63,975 nucleotides of DNA from Octopus bimaculoides (GCF_001194135.2 NC_068999.1:4963303-5027277); one strand, 5' to 3'; positions 50,810 to 60,850 are shown, numbered from the stretch's first letter. Notes: generated from the sequence alone by a model not told the origin. Made by a program: numbers and translations.

Positions 50810-53800
50810 TGCACACACATTCACACACATATATTACATACGTACATATATACATACATTCATACATATATACGTGTGTGTGTGTATTAAAACTTGTTGA
50901 TGAGAACAGCAGTAAGGTTTGCAAAGCTATAAACATATTGATTAGTAAAGACCACAACATCAGCAGCAGTGACACTAATTGTTTCTGAGATGAGCCCAAA
51001 GCATGAAATTTGGCAGAAGCGGGGATTGTTGATATCAATTCAGCTTTTAATCTCCTTCGAAATAGACCCCTTCCAAAGCCACACACTTTATATCTAGCAT
51101 TGTTTCCATTGATGGAAGCATTCCTGGAACTCCCTTTTGGGGGGATAGCAAGCAGCTGCCTTGTCGTATTCTCTTGGATTTCCCTGACGTCTCGAAATTT
51201 TGTTGGGGGTCTTCCACTGTGAAGATTGAGCCTTAGTTTCGGGGTCATAGCCAGGGACCCATGATTCGTCACCTGTGATGACCATTTTCAAAACGTTTTC
51301 ATCTTCCTTGACTCAATCAAGGAGATGCTACGCAGCTGAAACCCTTTCTTCATTTTGAGATGACCAAACCTACACACTTCCCTTCCAAGCCCTGCCATAA
51401 ACAACAGAAGTGAGAGCAAGAGCAGGCATGACAGAGTTCAAGGTCAGTCTGTGTGCTTTGGCTCCATTGCCATAACAACAGTCTCACTACTTTGTGATCA
51501 GACCTCATACACACATGCTGTGATATATATATATATATACACATATATACACATGTTGCGATGGGCACACGCTTCATACATACTCATGTTTAATACACAC
51601 ATACACACACACATATATACCTGTAACTGTTTAAACTGAATATTAACATCTTCGTCAATACCTACCTTCTCTCTTTTTCTCTCCATTTCTCTCTCATACA
51701 CACACACACACACACACACAAACACACACACTTAAACACGTTTGTCCCCTTTTTCTCAGATTAATAAATCGAAGAAAAACAAAAGATTAATTGTTCCTGT
51801 AATGTTGATATTGGTTACTACGGATATCTACGTAGGTATGTGGGGGTGGGGTGAGTGATTACTCTTATAAATAGCTTTACACACACACATTGAATAACAG
51901 ACACATACACACACCCACACACACGTGTATATATATATATGTATATATATATGGTGAAAAATCAAGTTTGACAAGTTCAAGCATTTCTACAATCATTATT
52001 TCCAGTTATAATTAGCCAAAGTTTTTATTGATACAGCTGTTAGCATTGCTCCAGTTTCTATCCCAGCTGAGTTGTATTTAGGCTAATTACGCTGTTCTCA
52101 CCAGACATATTTGTAAATCCGGTATGTCTGTGAGAGTTTGGCACAACTTGACGGACTGAAGATTGATGGTTGGCCTCTATGGGAAACGGGTGGGGTGTTT
52201 TCGGTTTGTGTTTGTCGCAGTTTCAGACACCCAACTGTGTTGTACTCTTTTAGCAATATTATCACTGGGCTTGCTTCAATGTGGCTCAAAGTTCGGAACC
52301 CAACAATGAATGGGTGTCTTAAGCAAGGCACATAACTCTACTAGCTGGCTAATGACAGTTCTTGATGTAAAGTTTTGTCCTTGTGTGTTAAACAACTCAA
52401 CCCTTTAGCTTTCAAATTACTCTGTCAAATTGTCATCATCATCATCATCCAGTGTTTTAAATTTGGGTTTTGTCCCCGTTAATGGGGGTGGCCGGATCTA
52501 CCTCAATGCCATAGCAACCGAGGTAGGCAGGTGCAGCCCACCCCAACCTTTGGGCTGGCTGGTGCCCATTCTCCTTTGCTACCATGAGGCTTTTTTGGAG
52601 CCCTTGGTTACCCCCAACCTCAGTTTCTAGAAATGAGTGGTCCCGAGACCAAGGCCTCTACCACAATTTTCAAGAAATGTGGTGGAAAACTAGCTCAGGA
52701 AGGCAGGGACGCTACTCCCTGAGACCCCTTTCGGAGCCCCCCAATGTTATGCTTATTTATTCATATCATTTTCAATTAGTCATTGATCATCCTGTAGCTT
52801 TGAGAATTGGATGATATGAGTGTTATATTTTTTGAATGACATTGTAAGGCAAGTGTGAAAGGCTTGATCTGGCTATTTTGAACATAACAGGTAGAATATT
52901 TTGGCCAGATTTGGCTGGTTTTTTCGCTAAAGGGTTAAACAACTTATATCACTTGACTTGGAACTAGATAAAGAAACATTTCAATGTCTTATAATCCTTA
53001 AACAAGACACATAACTCACCTCATGTCAGATAACCCTTGCTAAAACAACAACAACAACGACAGATTGGGTCCCGGTCTGTTGTCCCACTTTGTCAATATG
53101 TTATTCACAGTATGGCCGTGTGGTTGAGAAACTTGCTTCCCAACTATGTGGTTTCAGGTTCAGTACCCCTGCACAGCACCTTCAGCAAGTGTTTTCTGCT
53201 GTAGCTAGGCTAACGAAAGCCCTTTGAGTGGATACTGTAGATGGAAATTTAAAGAAGCCTGTCGTGTGTGTGTGTTTGTTGTTAACAAACCTATTATCAA
53301 GGTGACTTTTTTGTTTCTATTTATTCTTTGTTGTTGTTTTTTATTTATCCTAAACCCATTTATTTATTTGTAAACTGTGTTTTGCAGGTCGAAGTAAGTC
53401 GACTGCATCTTCTACGTCAGACGGTGGAGATATTGAAGTTGGAGATCGAGTCATTGTAGCTGGCCAGAGGAAAGGAACCGTTCGTTTCTATGGAGAGACC
53501 CAGTTTGCATTAGGTTAGTTTCTTGTCCTTAATATCTTACATTGGAATATTCCATAATTACAGGTAATCCAGCTGAAACAACAGACCTTGGACTATTTGA
53601 TCTGTGTCATGTACTTTATCAGGTTTATTATTCCAACAAATATCCGTCAATTGTAAATAATGTATATAATTCCTCATCTCTTAAATATAGAACTGTAATA
53701 TACATGCACATATGAAATCATCATCATCACCATCATTGTTTATTGTCCATGTTTCTATGCTTGCATGAGTTAGATAAAATTTGTTAAAACAGATTTTCTA

Positions 53801-54162
53801 CAACCAAATTCCCTTTCAGTTCTATATTTAAGAGATGAGCAATTATGTACATTATTTACATTTGACGGATATTTGTCCTCATTGAAAAATACCTTAGGAA
53901 TGAGAACCCTGGTTTGAAATTTCCCCAAGACACCTGAAGAAGGCTGGAAGGTATATCAGCTGAAACGTGTTAACTACAAACAAGATGAGGACAAATATCC
54001 ATCAAATGTAAATAATGCAAATTCCCTTTGTGTCGCAAACCTTCATGGTAATATTTCCTCATGGTCAGACATGTCTATCATAGAAGAAGACTGGAAATGA
54101 CCAACATTGTTTGTCTGGCAGGGATGCTCAATTACCACCATGACATGACATCGGGACAAAGG

Positions 54163-54198
<36 letters not shown>

Positions 54199-55188
54199 TA
54201 GATAATGTTTAACCCTCCACCTCCACCCCATTGATAGCATGTTACCAATATTCTTGAGCATTATGGAATTTCTCTCTCATTTCTTATTACAGGATGTTGG
54301 TATGGCATTGAACTCGACCGAGCTGTTGGCAAAAACGATGGTTCCGTGAATGGTCAGCGCTATTTTACCTGCAAAGCAAAGTATGGAGTGTTTGCTCCTC
54401 CTTCCAGAATACAAAAGTAAGTAGAAATATTTCTCCATACTACTACTACTCTGTGTGTGTGTATGAACTAGACACAAACACACACACACACACACACTGA
54501 TACCGTCACATCAAGGGAGATAATATTTTTCAGATGTAGTTCATTGTGTGTGTGTGTATTGTTGTGAGGCTAGATCCCTTGAGAGCCTTTTTGGCAGCTT
54601 GATATGAATATGGGAATGCTCAGTTCGCAGTTGTTGCTATTTCACATCTCATCAGAATTTCCTCTCTTTTTCTCTCTCTCTCTGTCCCTTTGCCTTTCCC
54701 CTTTCTTCTTTCCTTCCTTCCTTCTTACTCGGTGCCAAAAGATCTCTTGCGGGCCTAATTAGTCAGCAAGATTAAAGGCATATGAAAGTGACTCTGTATG
54801 TATTTATTCATAGCATATACGTTGTTGATATTGTAGGAAATTTATATGTATGGATGCATAAATATGCATGTATGCGTGTGTGTATATCTATATGTGTATG
54901 TATGTGTGTTTTCATATATATAATATATATGGGGTGTAAAACCTGACATTGTTTGTCTTTTCTATTCTAAAGGCTTGGTGAGAAGAGGTTTAGTTCTTCT
55001 GAATCCCTGGATACCATCAGCTGGGGTGCCGTATCGGAGAAGAATGAAAAGAGATCTTCAAGTGAGTTAGGAAGCAAGTCCTTATTGCTTCATTGTTGTT
55101 CTTGTTGTTTACAGAAATAATCTAAAATATACTTCAGTGAAATGTTAGTGGTCACATACACACATATATACATGTATGCAAACACACA

Positions 55189-55244
<56 letters not shown>

Positions 55245-56381
55245 CAGACTGGAGCCTGGTGTTGCCATCCGGTTTCACCAGTCCTCAGTCAAATCGTCCA
55301 ACCCATGCTAGCATGGAAAGCGGACGTTAAACGATGATGATGATGATGATATACACACACACATATATAACATATGCTTGTTCTCATGCATATGCTCACA
55401 CCCTGATGCACATCTGTGCATTGTTATAATCACACATACCTTCACATTTGCATCATTTATCCTGAATAATGTCCCCGAATCCTTCTGGATATATTAGTTT
55501 CAAATTTTTTTGCACAAGGCCGGCAATTTTGACAGAAAGGTAAGTCAGCGACATCAACCCCAGCGACCCTCAAAGAATGAAAAGCAAAGTTGACCGCAGC
55601 AGAATTTGAATTCAGGATATAAAGACAGACAAAGTGCCGCTATGCATTCTGCCCCATGTGCTAACGATTCTGCCATCTCGCTGCCTGAAATCCTTCTGGA
55701 CCTGTTACCAAGATGGTTTGCGTCCTCTGGTGTTTGTATAACAGAGTTGTCTTCTCTTAGACTATGTCTCATCTAAACCTACTCTTTCTGCTCATCTTTG
55801 ATTCCTCATATTTTGTCCCCCCCCCCCCACTCTGCTGCTGGGGACGCAAGTCGTGGCACCACCCACACCACCAGTTGCCAACTGTTGTTACAGCATTATT
55901 TGAGTATTTTATGAACCATAGAGAATGGAACCATTGTCTTCTGCTACTGAGACATCAAAGGTAATATAAATATCTCACGGCAGGAATTGAACTCACCACT
56001 GCACGTTAATGAATCACTCACCAAATTACCAGTGTTGTTGCTGTTTACAGCTCAGTAGACTGAGCTGCTTGGCATTTAAATGTTTTGATTACTGGCATAC
56101 TCAAGTACTGAAGACAAAACATGAACTACCAGCCTCACAGTTTTCTCTTTAGCCATCAACACAACTCTGCATACTCTGTGTGTGTGTGTGTGCATGCACA
56201 CACATCTTTGTGTTTGTTTACATTTGTACTTTCCCCTAAAATCACTCAACTATCGATGTAGATGTTGCTGTTATTTCCCCTGATAATAGGTCACAGGCTT
56301 TGTATCTTCAAAGACTTGTGGAATAAGATATCTTTTATTTGAAATCATTTATTTAGACAACAATTCATTCACCACACGCTG

Positions 56382-56431
<50 letters not shown>

Positions 56432-58426
56432 TACTAAAATATACGAAAATCGTCTTTTTCAGGTTCCAACAGTTCCCGACTAAGGACACCAACAAAACTG
56501 TAAGTAGGACCCTATAATATTATTAGGGTGTGGGGAGGTTGAAGGTGGGTGGATAATGCCCTGTTTGATATCAAGGTGGAGTTATTTTCCCTTGCTTCCC
56601 TGATCCCTATAAGAAAAGTATGAAAATCACAACTTCCACTCTTCGCATTCCTTGAAATAAAATAGGGGTGACTACAACCACCCCTTGACGGATATTTCTG
56701 GTTATAAGAGGTCCTTTGTTTGATACTCATAATCTCAGTATTTATTGCTGTGGCTGTAAGGTGTATATTATAGAAGAATTAGATGTTAAACTGACAACGG
56801 TGATGATTATCTCTTTGTTGTTTAGCCCCTGGTCTGCTCTGATCCATCTGACCATTTCTCAAAGACATTTGGGCTGCAATGATCCCATCATTGTTTCTAT
56901 CAACACCTGGAATAAAGATATCTTCAGATACCCCCATCCCCCAACTACAAGATTTTGTGTTCTTTACCTGTCTTGCATGTTACTTGGTAGCCCTACTTTA
57001 ACAAGTAGTTTTAAAACTGCAGTTGTAAAGTGGTTGGTGTTAGGAAGGGCATCCAGCCATAGAAATTATACTAAAACAGATGCTGGAGTTCGGTTCAGCC
57101 CTGCAACTCACCAGACCCTGTCAAATGCCCAACCCATGCCAGCATGGAGAACCAAATGGCACGTAAAAAGCGCCAGTTGAGCATGGTCGATGCCACACCC
57201 AAGGTACCAAGTTCTATCAAACTGACCAAAATTGACCAAACCTTCCCACCCTCCGCCTTCATGATAATGTTTTCTAAACTTTTACCTGTTTTGTTCCAGT
57301 GCCAAAAATACAAATCCAAAGATTGCCCGTGTGCCTGGTGCCAGTTCAGATCTGAAGCTTGAGATTGGAATGGGTGTCTTCTGCAGCAATGAATTAGGTT
57401 GGTTGGCATCTTTCTTTTTCGTTCTTGTTCTTTTCCCAGCTTCTTGGAAATGGTTTCTGTCGATCAAATTGAACGTTCAAATTTCTTCATGATCTGTGTT
57501 TTGGGTATGCATAGGACATGTTAAGCTGTGTAGAATTTTTGCCTTTTTTTCTGGAGTGTTAAGAGAGCCATCATCATCATCATCATCTTCACTCTTACAA
57601 AAGTGGGTAGCATCATCGTCATCAGCTCCACTACCACCATCATTATAATAATTAAATCCATCATGATTATCATCATCATCACAGGTATCAACATCAAAAT
57701 ATAATAATGATCTTAATTTACACAATGCTCAGGTTCACTAAAGCCATAACCATTATCACCACCACTACCACCACCATCACACTCATTGTCATCATCACCA
57801 TCCACACAGTCATCATCATCATCATTATTATCATCATCACAATTATCAATATTACCTGTTGATTACAAGGTAGCGAGCTGGCAAAATTGTTTGCACGATG
57901 GGCAAAATGCTTAATAGCATTTTGCCAGTCTTCATGTTCTGAGTTCAAATGCCACCAAGGTTGACTTTGCTATCTCATCCTTTCGGGGTCAATAAAATAA
58001 GTACCAGTCATACACTGGGGTCCATGTATTCGACTTACTTGCTTCCCCCAAAATTGCTGGCCTTGTGCCAAAATCTGAAACCATTATTTATTGATTACAC
58101 CCTCCAATCACTGGTGCTGTTACTGTCTTCAGCCACGAGTGATCAATAATCTCTCTCTCTTTCTCTTTGTCCCAGGTGTTATTCGTTACATCGGACCAAC
58201 AGATTTTGCGGAAGGCATCTGGATCGGTGTGGAGTTGCGGACGGCGAAAGGTAAAAATGACGGCAGCGTGAACAACAAACGGTACTTCTTGTGCAAACCA
58301 AACTGCGGTCTGCTGGTACGACCAAACAAAATCACCGTTCGTGGCATTAACGGTGCCAAACTAATGGGAGGGGAAACGTCTGTGGAGAAAGAGAACAGCT
58401 TAAATGGAGAATTAAAGAATAAATAA
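25401..58426 (+). CDS. CLIP4: CAP-Gly domain-containing linker protein 4/3-like (ankyrin repeats + 3 CAP-Gly domains); spliced CDS of 12 exons, 624 aa (630 aa with microexon)
   Basis: Manual splicing: 25401-25670, 37270-37525, 38442-38585, 39157-39356, 39790-39925, 40915-41058, 53388-53513, 54293-54416, 54973-55061, 56463-56499, 57300-57397, 58176-58426. All introns are GT-AG, phases are consistent, and the total of 1875 nt ends in [46 protein letters not shown] and three GKNDGSV CAP-Gly motifs match recalled vertebrate CLIP3/CLIP4. Three CAP-Gly domains and the C-terminal RGING.KL resemble CLIP4. Confidence 0.93.
26085..26235 (-). mobile_element. SINE family D head (tRNA-like head and GTCCTTGAGCAAG core)
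   Basis: Reverse complement of GGTTCAATTCC...GTCCTTGAGCAAGGCACTTCATTTCA; similar copies at 34645-34835 (-), 48340-48470 (-), 49690-49778 (+) and 62695-62970 (+). Confidence 0.7.
27285..27440 (+). mobile_element. SINE family B fragment
   Basis: CCTGAGTTCAAATTCTGCCAAGGTTGACTTTGCCTTT...GTGCCAAAATTTGAAACC. Confidence 0.8.
27999..28690 (-). mobile_element. 5-prime-truncated Tx1/L1-clade LINE 3-prime end
   Basis: The minus strand encodes [20 protein letters not shown]...VKESVW*...[13 protein letters not shown], including the H..xCP..W half of the L1/Tx1 C-terminal zinc knuckle. A pyrimidine-rich 3-prime UTR follows, ending in AATAAAGAAA at 27999-28008. Confidence 0.72.
28835..29205 (+). mobile_element. 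SINE family A, near full-length
   Basis: tRNA-like head, CACCTTGGGCAAGTGTCTT core, (GT)n spacer, tail GGTTCGGCAAAAG...CCAGCATGGCCACAGTCTAATGACTGAAACAAG. Confidence 0.88.
32066..32230 (+). mobile_element. SINE family A head and core
   Basis: AGGAGTGGCTGTGTGGTAAGTAGCTTGCTTAC...GGAAACTGAAAGAA. Confidence 0.85.
34645..34835 (-). mobile_element. SINE family D
   Basis: tRNA-like head (reverse complement GAGTTCGATTCCTGG) plus GTGTCCTTGAGCAAGACACTTT core; body shared with 5790-5880. Confidence 0.8.
37270..37525 (+). CDS. CLIP4: CLIP4-like coding exon 2 (ankyrin repeats, [22 protein letters not shown]...KAI)
   Basis: TTTTCCAG acceptor, GTAAGT donor, phase 0 to 1; ankyrin motifs TLLHYA and TALHYAA. 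Confidence 0.95.
38442..38585 (+). CDS. CLIP4: CLIP4-like coding exon 3 (ankyrin repeat, [20 protein letters not shown]...RYPI)
   Basis: TATTTCCAG acceptor, GTGGGT donor, 144 nt, phase 1 to 1. Confidence 0.93.
38638..38850 (-). mobile_element. SINE family B
   Basis: Reverse-complement motif match; further minus copies at 41885-42070 and 44112-44320. Confidence 0.75.
39157..39356 (+). CDS. CLIP4: CLIP4-like coding exon 4 (DCVPDP...[14 protein letters not shown]; start of CAP-Gly 1)
   Basis: GTCTAG acceptor, AAG|GTGGGT donor, 200 nt, phase 1 to 0. VPDP and GLRLGD motifs. Absent from the ORF track because it has no upstream ATG. Confidence 0.92.
39790..39925 (+). CDS. CLIP4: CLIP4-like coding exon 5 (CAP-Gly 1, [35 protein letters not shown]...)
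   Basis: TAACAG acceptor, GTATGT donor, 136 nt, phase 0 to 1; canonical CAP-Gly sequence. Confidence 0.95.
40530..40751. mobile_element. piggyBac-like MITE
   Basis: Termini TTAACCCTTTAC and GTAAAGGGTTGA (inverted, 11/12). Confidence 0.55.
40915..41058 (+). CDS. CLIP4: CLIP4-like coding exon 6 ([11 protein letters not shown]...SAKVDT)
   Basis: CTTCTTACAG acceptor, CAG|GTAAGC donor, 144 nt, phase 1 to 1. Confidence 0.93.
42884..43043. repeat. Intronic fold-back inverted repeat, 76-bp arms and 8-nt loop
   Basis: Arms 42884-42959 and 42968-43043; 55/76 Watson-Crick pairs plus 12 G-U pairs on the + strand by manual alignment. Confidence 0.88.
43330..43347 (+). CDS. Candidate 18-nt alternative microexon of the CLIP4-like gene (adds DFLRVP)
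   Basis: GTCTCTTGTTTTTCTGCAG|ATTTCTTGCGAGTGCCAG|GTACGT. Strong acceptor and donor, length divisible by 3, phase 1 to 1 matching the flanking exons, no stop codon. Confidence 0.55.
45705..45950 (+). mobile_element. Decayed RTE-clade LINE C-terminal fragment
   Basis: Frameshifted CIPNQLL / KLCQGRHTR / [15 protein letters not shown], resembling the recalled RTE/BovB pattern RIPKQLLYGELxQGKRxxGGQxKRFKDxLK. Confidence 0.6.
47056..47776. other. Assembly gap (N run); others at about 6007-6492, 18332-18497, 33721-34050, 36407-36453, 49779-49880, 58892-59069 and several short (10-20 N) gaps
   Basis: Runs of N. Hidden exons inside the gaps cannot be excluded, but the CDS phases close without them. 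Confidence 0.99.
47950..48118 (+). mobile_element. Young 5-prime-truncated SINE family C with (GAT)n tail
   Basis: 108 nt (48011-48118) identical to 55243-55350. Confidence 0.88.
50212..50365 (+). mobile_element. SINE family A head and core
   Basis: Motif identity with other copies; another copy at 53112-53270. Confidence 0.82.
51040..51510 (-). mobile_element. Internally deleted mariner transposase relic
   Basis: Minus-strand [25 protein letters not shown] (first catalytic D motif of mariners) joined to [20 protein letters not shown] / [26 protein letters not shown] (mariner C-terminus). Putative TIR TATGAGGTCTGATCACAAAGTA near 51488-51509. Confidence 0.85.
52397..52939. mobile_element. 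piggyBac-like MITE interrupted by a (GAT)n-tailed retroposon (52433-52742, -)
   Basis: Termini TCAACCCTTTAGC and GCTAAGGGGTTAA; internal sequence collinear with the uninterrupted copy at 24840-25050. Confidence 0.65.
53388..53513 (+). CDS. CLIP4: CLIP4-like coding exon 7 (GRSKS...[27 protein letters not shown]; CAP-Gly 2)
   Basis: TTTTGCAG acceptor, GTTAGT donor, 126 nt, phase 1 to 1. Confidence 0.94.
53636..54019. mobile_element. Rearranged Penelope-like termini with a degenerate hammerhead motif (53929-53971, +)
   Basis: Same family as 16923-17171. Inverted pairs 53636-53695/53817-53876 (57/60) and 53848-53882/53985-54019. GACAC-CTGAAGA-A-GGCTG..CAGCT-GAAAC-GTGTT. Confidence 0.7.
54293..54416 (+). 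CDS. CLIP4: CLIP4-like coding exon 8 ([41 protein letters not shown])
   Basis: TTATTACAG acceptor, GTAAGT donor, 124 nt, phase 1 to 2. Confidence 0.95.
54973..55061 (+). CDS. CLIP4: CLIP4-like coding exon 9 ([18 protein letters not shown]...RSS)
   Basis: TTTCTATTCTAAAG acceptor, GTGAGT donor, 89 nt, phase 2 to 1. The SLDT motif also follows CAP-Gly 2 in CLIP4 as recalled. Confidence 0.85.
55243..55350 (+). mobile_element. Young SINE family C tail fused to (TA)n
   Basis: Identical to 48011-48118. Confidence 0.88.
55500..55686 (-). mobile_element. SINE family B
   Basis: Reverse-complement motif match ending GTGCTAACGATTCTGCCATCTCGCTGCCT. Confidence 0.78.
56463..56499 (+). CDS. CLIP4: CLIP4-like coding exon 10 ([12 protein letters not shown], 37 nt)
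   Basis: GTCTTTTTCAG acceptor, GTAAGT donor, phase 1 to 2; bridges the phases of exons 9 and 11. Confidence 0.78.
57300..57397 (+). CDS. CLIP4: CLIP4-like coding exon 11 (LAKNTNPK...[15 protein letters not shown]; start of CAP-Gly 3)
   Basis: TTTTGTTCCAG acceptor, GTTGGT donor, 98 nt, phase 2 to 1; resembles CLIP4 KLHEGSQVLLTSSNEMG as recalled. Confidence 0.85.
57867..58085 (+). mobile_element. SINE family B
   Basis: AAGGTAGCGAGCTGGCAAAA...GTTCTGAGTTCAAA...GCTGGCCTTGTGCCAAAATCTGAAACC; further + copies at 59207-59425, 63460-63655 and 63858-63975. Confidence 0.85.
58176..58426 (+). CDS. CLIP4: CLIP4-like terminal coding exon 12 (CAP-Gly 3, [32 protein letters not shown]...ELKNK*)
   Basis: Long pyrimidine tract ending CCCAG at 58175; TAA stop at 58424-58426; 3-prime part of ORF 58091..58426. 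Confidence 0.96.
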
Positions 58427-60204
58427 AACAAAGAACAAATAACGGATCTAAACAAACGACTGACTGGCCATGTTGTTGGGAGTTTCATGTTTTTTTTTTG
58501 TTATTTTCTTCTTTTTTTTTTGCTCCATCGCTTTTGCTTGATGGGAAAAAAACCAAAGATGATGCTAGCATGTCAACAGTGCAACCAAGAATTGCTCTTA
58601 GACATGTAATAAACACATAAAAAAACACAGAGGGTTCTAGTGTTGTTGAAATACGACCTAGGAATTTGAGGCAAGACAATGACCCTGTCTCCTCCTCCTC
58701 CTCCGCCTCCCTTTTATCCCACTATCTCCCATGTATTTCTACACCACCACCACCACCTCCTACCAATTCCACTCACCCAACATACCAATACTTTTTTTTG
58801 GTCTGTATATTTTTTTTTAATATATACAAAGAAAAATTTCATCTTTTCCTTCACTTTAAAAAAAAAAAAATTTTCAGCACGGAAAAATTCCNNNNNNNNN
58901 NNNNNNNNNNNNNNNNNNNNNNNNNNNNNNNNNNNNNNNNNNNNNNNNNNNNNNNNNNNNNNNNNNNNNNNNNNNNNNNNNNNNNNNNNNNNNNNNNNNN
59001 NNNNNNNNNNNNNNNNNNNNNNNNNNNNNNNNNNNNNNNNNNNNNNNNNNNNNNNNNNNNNNNNNNNNNTTGCTTTCCTACTGCACATTTGCATCTAAGC
59101 GTCATGTGCAATCACTGCACCGTCACCACCACCACCTCCACTAATGTCATCTCAGGTGCTGGAGAAATCTTGTTTTCTCATTATTATTATTATTATTATC
59201 ATAATTTAGGCAGCAAGCTGACAGAATGGTAAGCAGGCTGGGGAAAATGCTTAGCGGTGTTTCGTCCACCTTTGTGTTCTGAGTTCAAATTCTGCTGGGG
59301 TTGACTTTGCCTTTCATCCTTTCAGGGTCAATAAAATAAGTACCAGTTATGTACTGGGGTCGATATAACTGACTTATCCCCCACCCCCGAAATTGCTGGC
59401 CTTGTGCCAAAATTTGAAATCATTATTACTATGATAAATACTTCTGCTACACTATTATTATTATTAAAGAAGTGATTTTTTTAAATTCTCAAACGCAGGA
59501 TAATGTTAATAATATAGCCTGAACAGTATAAGAGTCTTTTAATTCTGTGACGTGATTGGATCCAGTTAATGTTTTTTTTCTTTAGCATTCAATAAAAAGT
59601 TCCTATCTTGCTCTGACCCAGTTGTTAGCAACTGGTTTTTTTGATTCAAAGCCAGGATGCTGCCAAAAATGTATAAATAGAAACATGAAAAATAGGTTGT
59701 TTGTCCAAAAACCTCAAATTTTATTTATAAAGTCTACACATGGACACATAGCTAGGTTTGAAATGATGAATGAAAGAAATTTTACAACCATCAGCGCAGA
59801 AAATAATCCAGACACAAAAGAAACAAAATCATTGAAATAAATAAAGACAAATAAAATAAACCGATTGTATTGTAGCAGATATATGTTAGCCATTGAAAAA
59901 TACACAAAGATTCTTAATGACCAGGTCACAGTTGGTGCCAGAAAAATTTTGACACCAAATAATAAATGTTTTAAGTAAAGTTAGCAATTTGCATGTGTGG
60001 CGAATATGTGTCTTCCATGCTGTAAATGTTTTAGTTTCAACCTGCAGTCTCAGATCAAATAACTTGCCTGGCAAGTGAATAGAATAAAATATAAATAACA
60101 TAATAAAAGATAAAATCTTTTCATAATTTTTATGAACTGGATTGACATGTGTAGCTGTTGCGAAATTAGTATCACGGTTGGTTGGTTTAGGATCAGACAA
60201 CTGA

Positions 60205-60850
60205 TGTATACACAAATGGCATGGTGCGATTTGGCTCATCAGAAGGTGATCTGCAGCATGCACTAAAGTGGGTTCATGGCCGAGTGTTGCAGGGTTGGGA
60301 TAAGAATCAATGTTACAAAGATCAAGACAACGGTCCCTTTAAGAAGGTCTTCCTTGAGACAAGTGGGACAAGTTTAAAGTATTTCAAGGTCGTATTCAAG
60401 AGGGATTGGAAGTAGGCGGCCGAATTGGATGCTGGAATTTCAGGTTCTGTCAAGGTAACGTACCAGCTGCTGCGTTCCGTCCTCAGAATGGAAGTGGTTT
60501 GGTTAAAAATCTAAACTCACTGTCTTCGATTTGGTTTTCATTTCTATCCTCACCTATGGTCATGAATGTTGAATAGAGCATGATTGCAAATACAAGTGGC
60601 CGAAACGGGGTCGCCAGATCAAGCCACTACTTCTCTGTAATGACAGGTCACTGTTCTGACACCACAGACAGGTGATTAGAATGTCACAGAAGACAATCAC
60701 AAGACAGATTCTTCAAGCTGAGCCAACTGGCAGGGGACGTAGGGGTGTAGACTAAGGATGGGATGGTTGGATGACATCCATTGTCTCAGTTGGTCATGTT
60801 AGGGAATCCAGCTGGGAAGAGTCCAATGAGGGTTGCTTCTGATAGGAGCA
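60205..60850 (+). mobile_element. Decayed RTE-clade LINE, RT and C-terminal fragment
   Basis: Frameshifted SSEGDLQHAL / FMAECCRVGIRINVTKIKTTV / LTYGHEC...QIQVAE, resembling the recalled RTE (Rex3-like) pattern DLQHALxRFAAECxxxGMRI...LTYGHExW. Confidence 0.72.

Noticed and set aside
50880-51040. Second TIR for the mariner relic
   Set aside because: I found no convincing inverted match to the 51488-51509 terminus, so the left boundary is set by the coding similarity.
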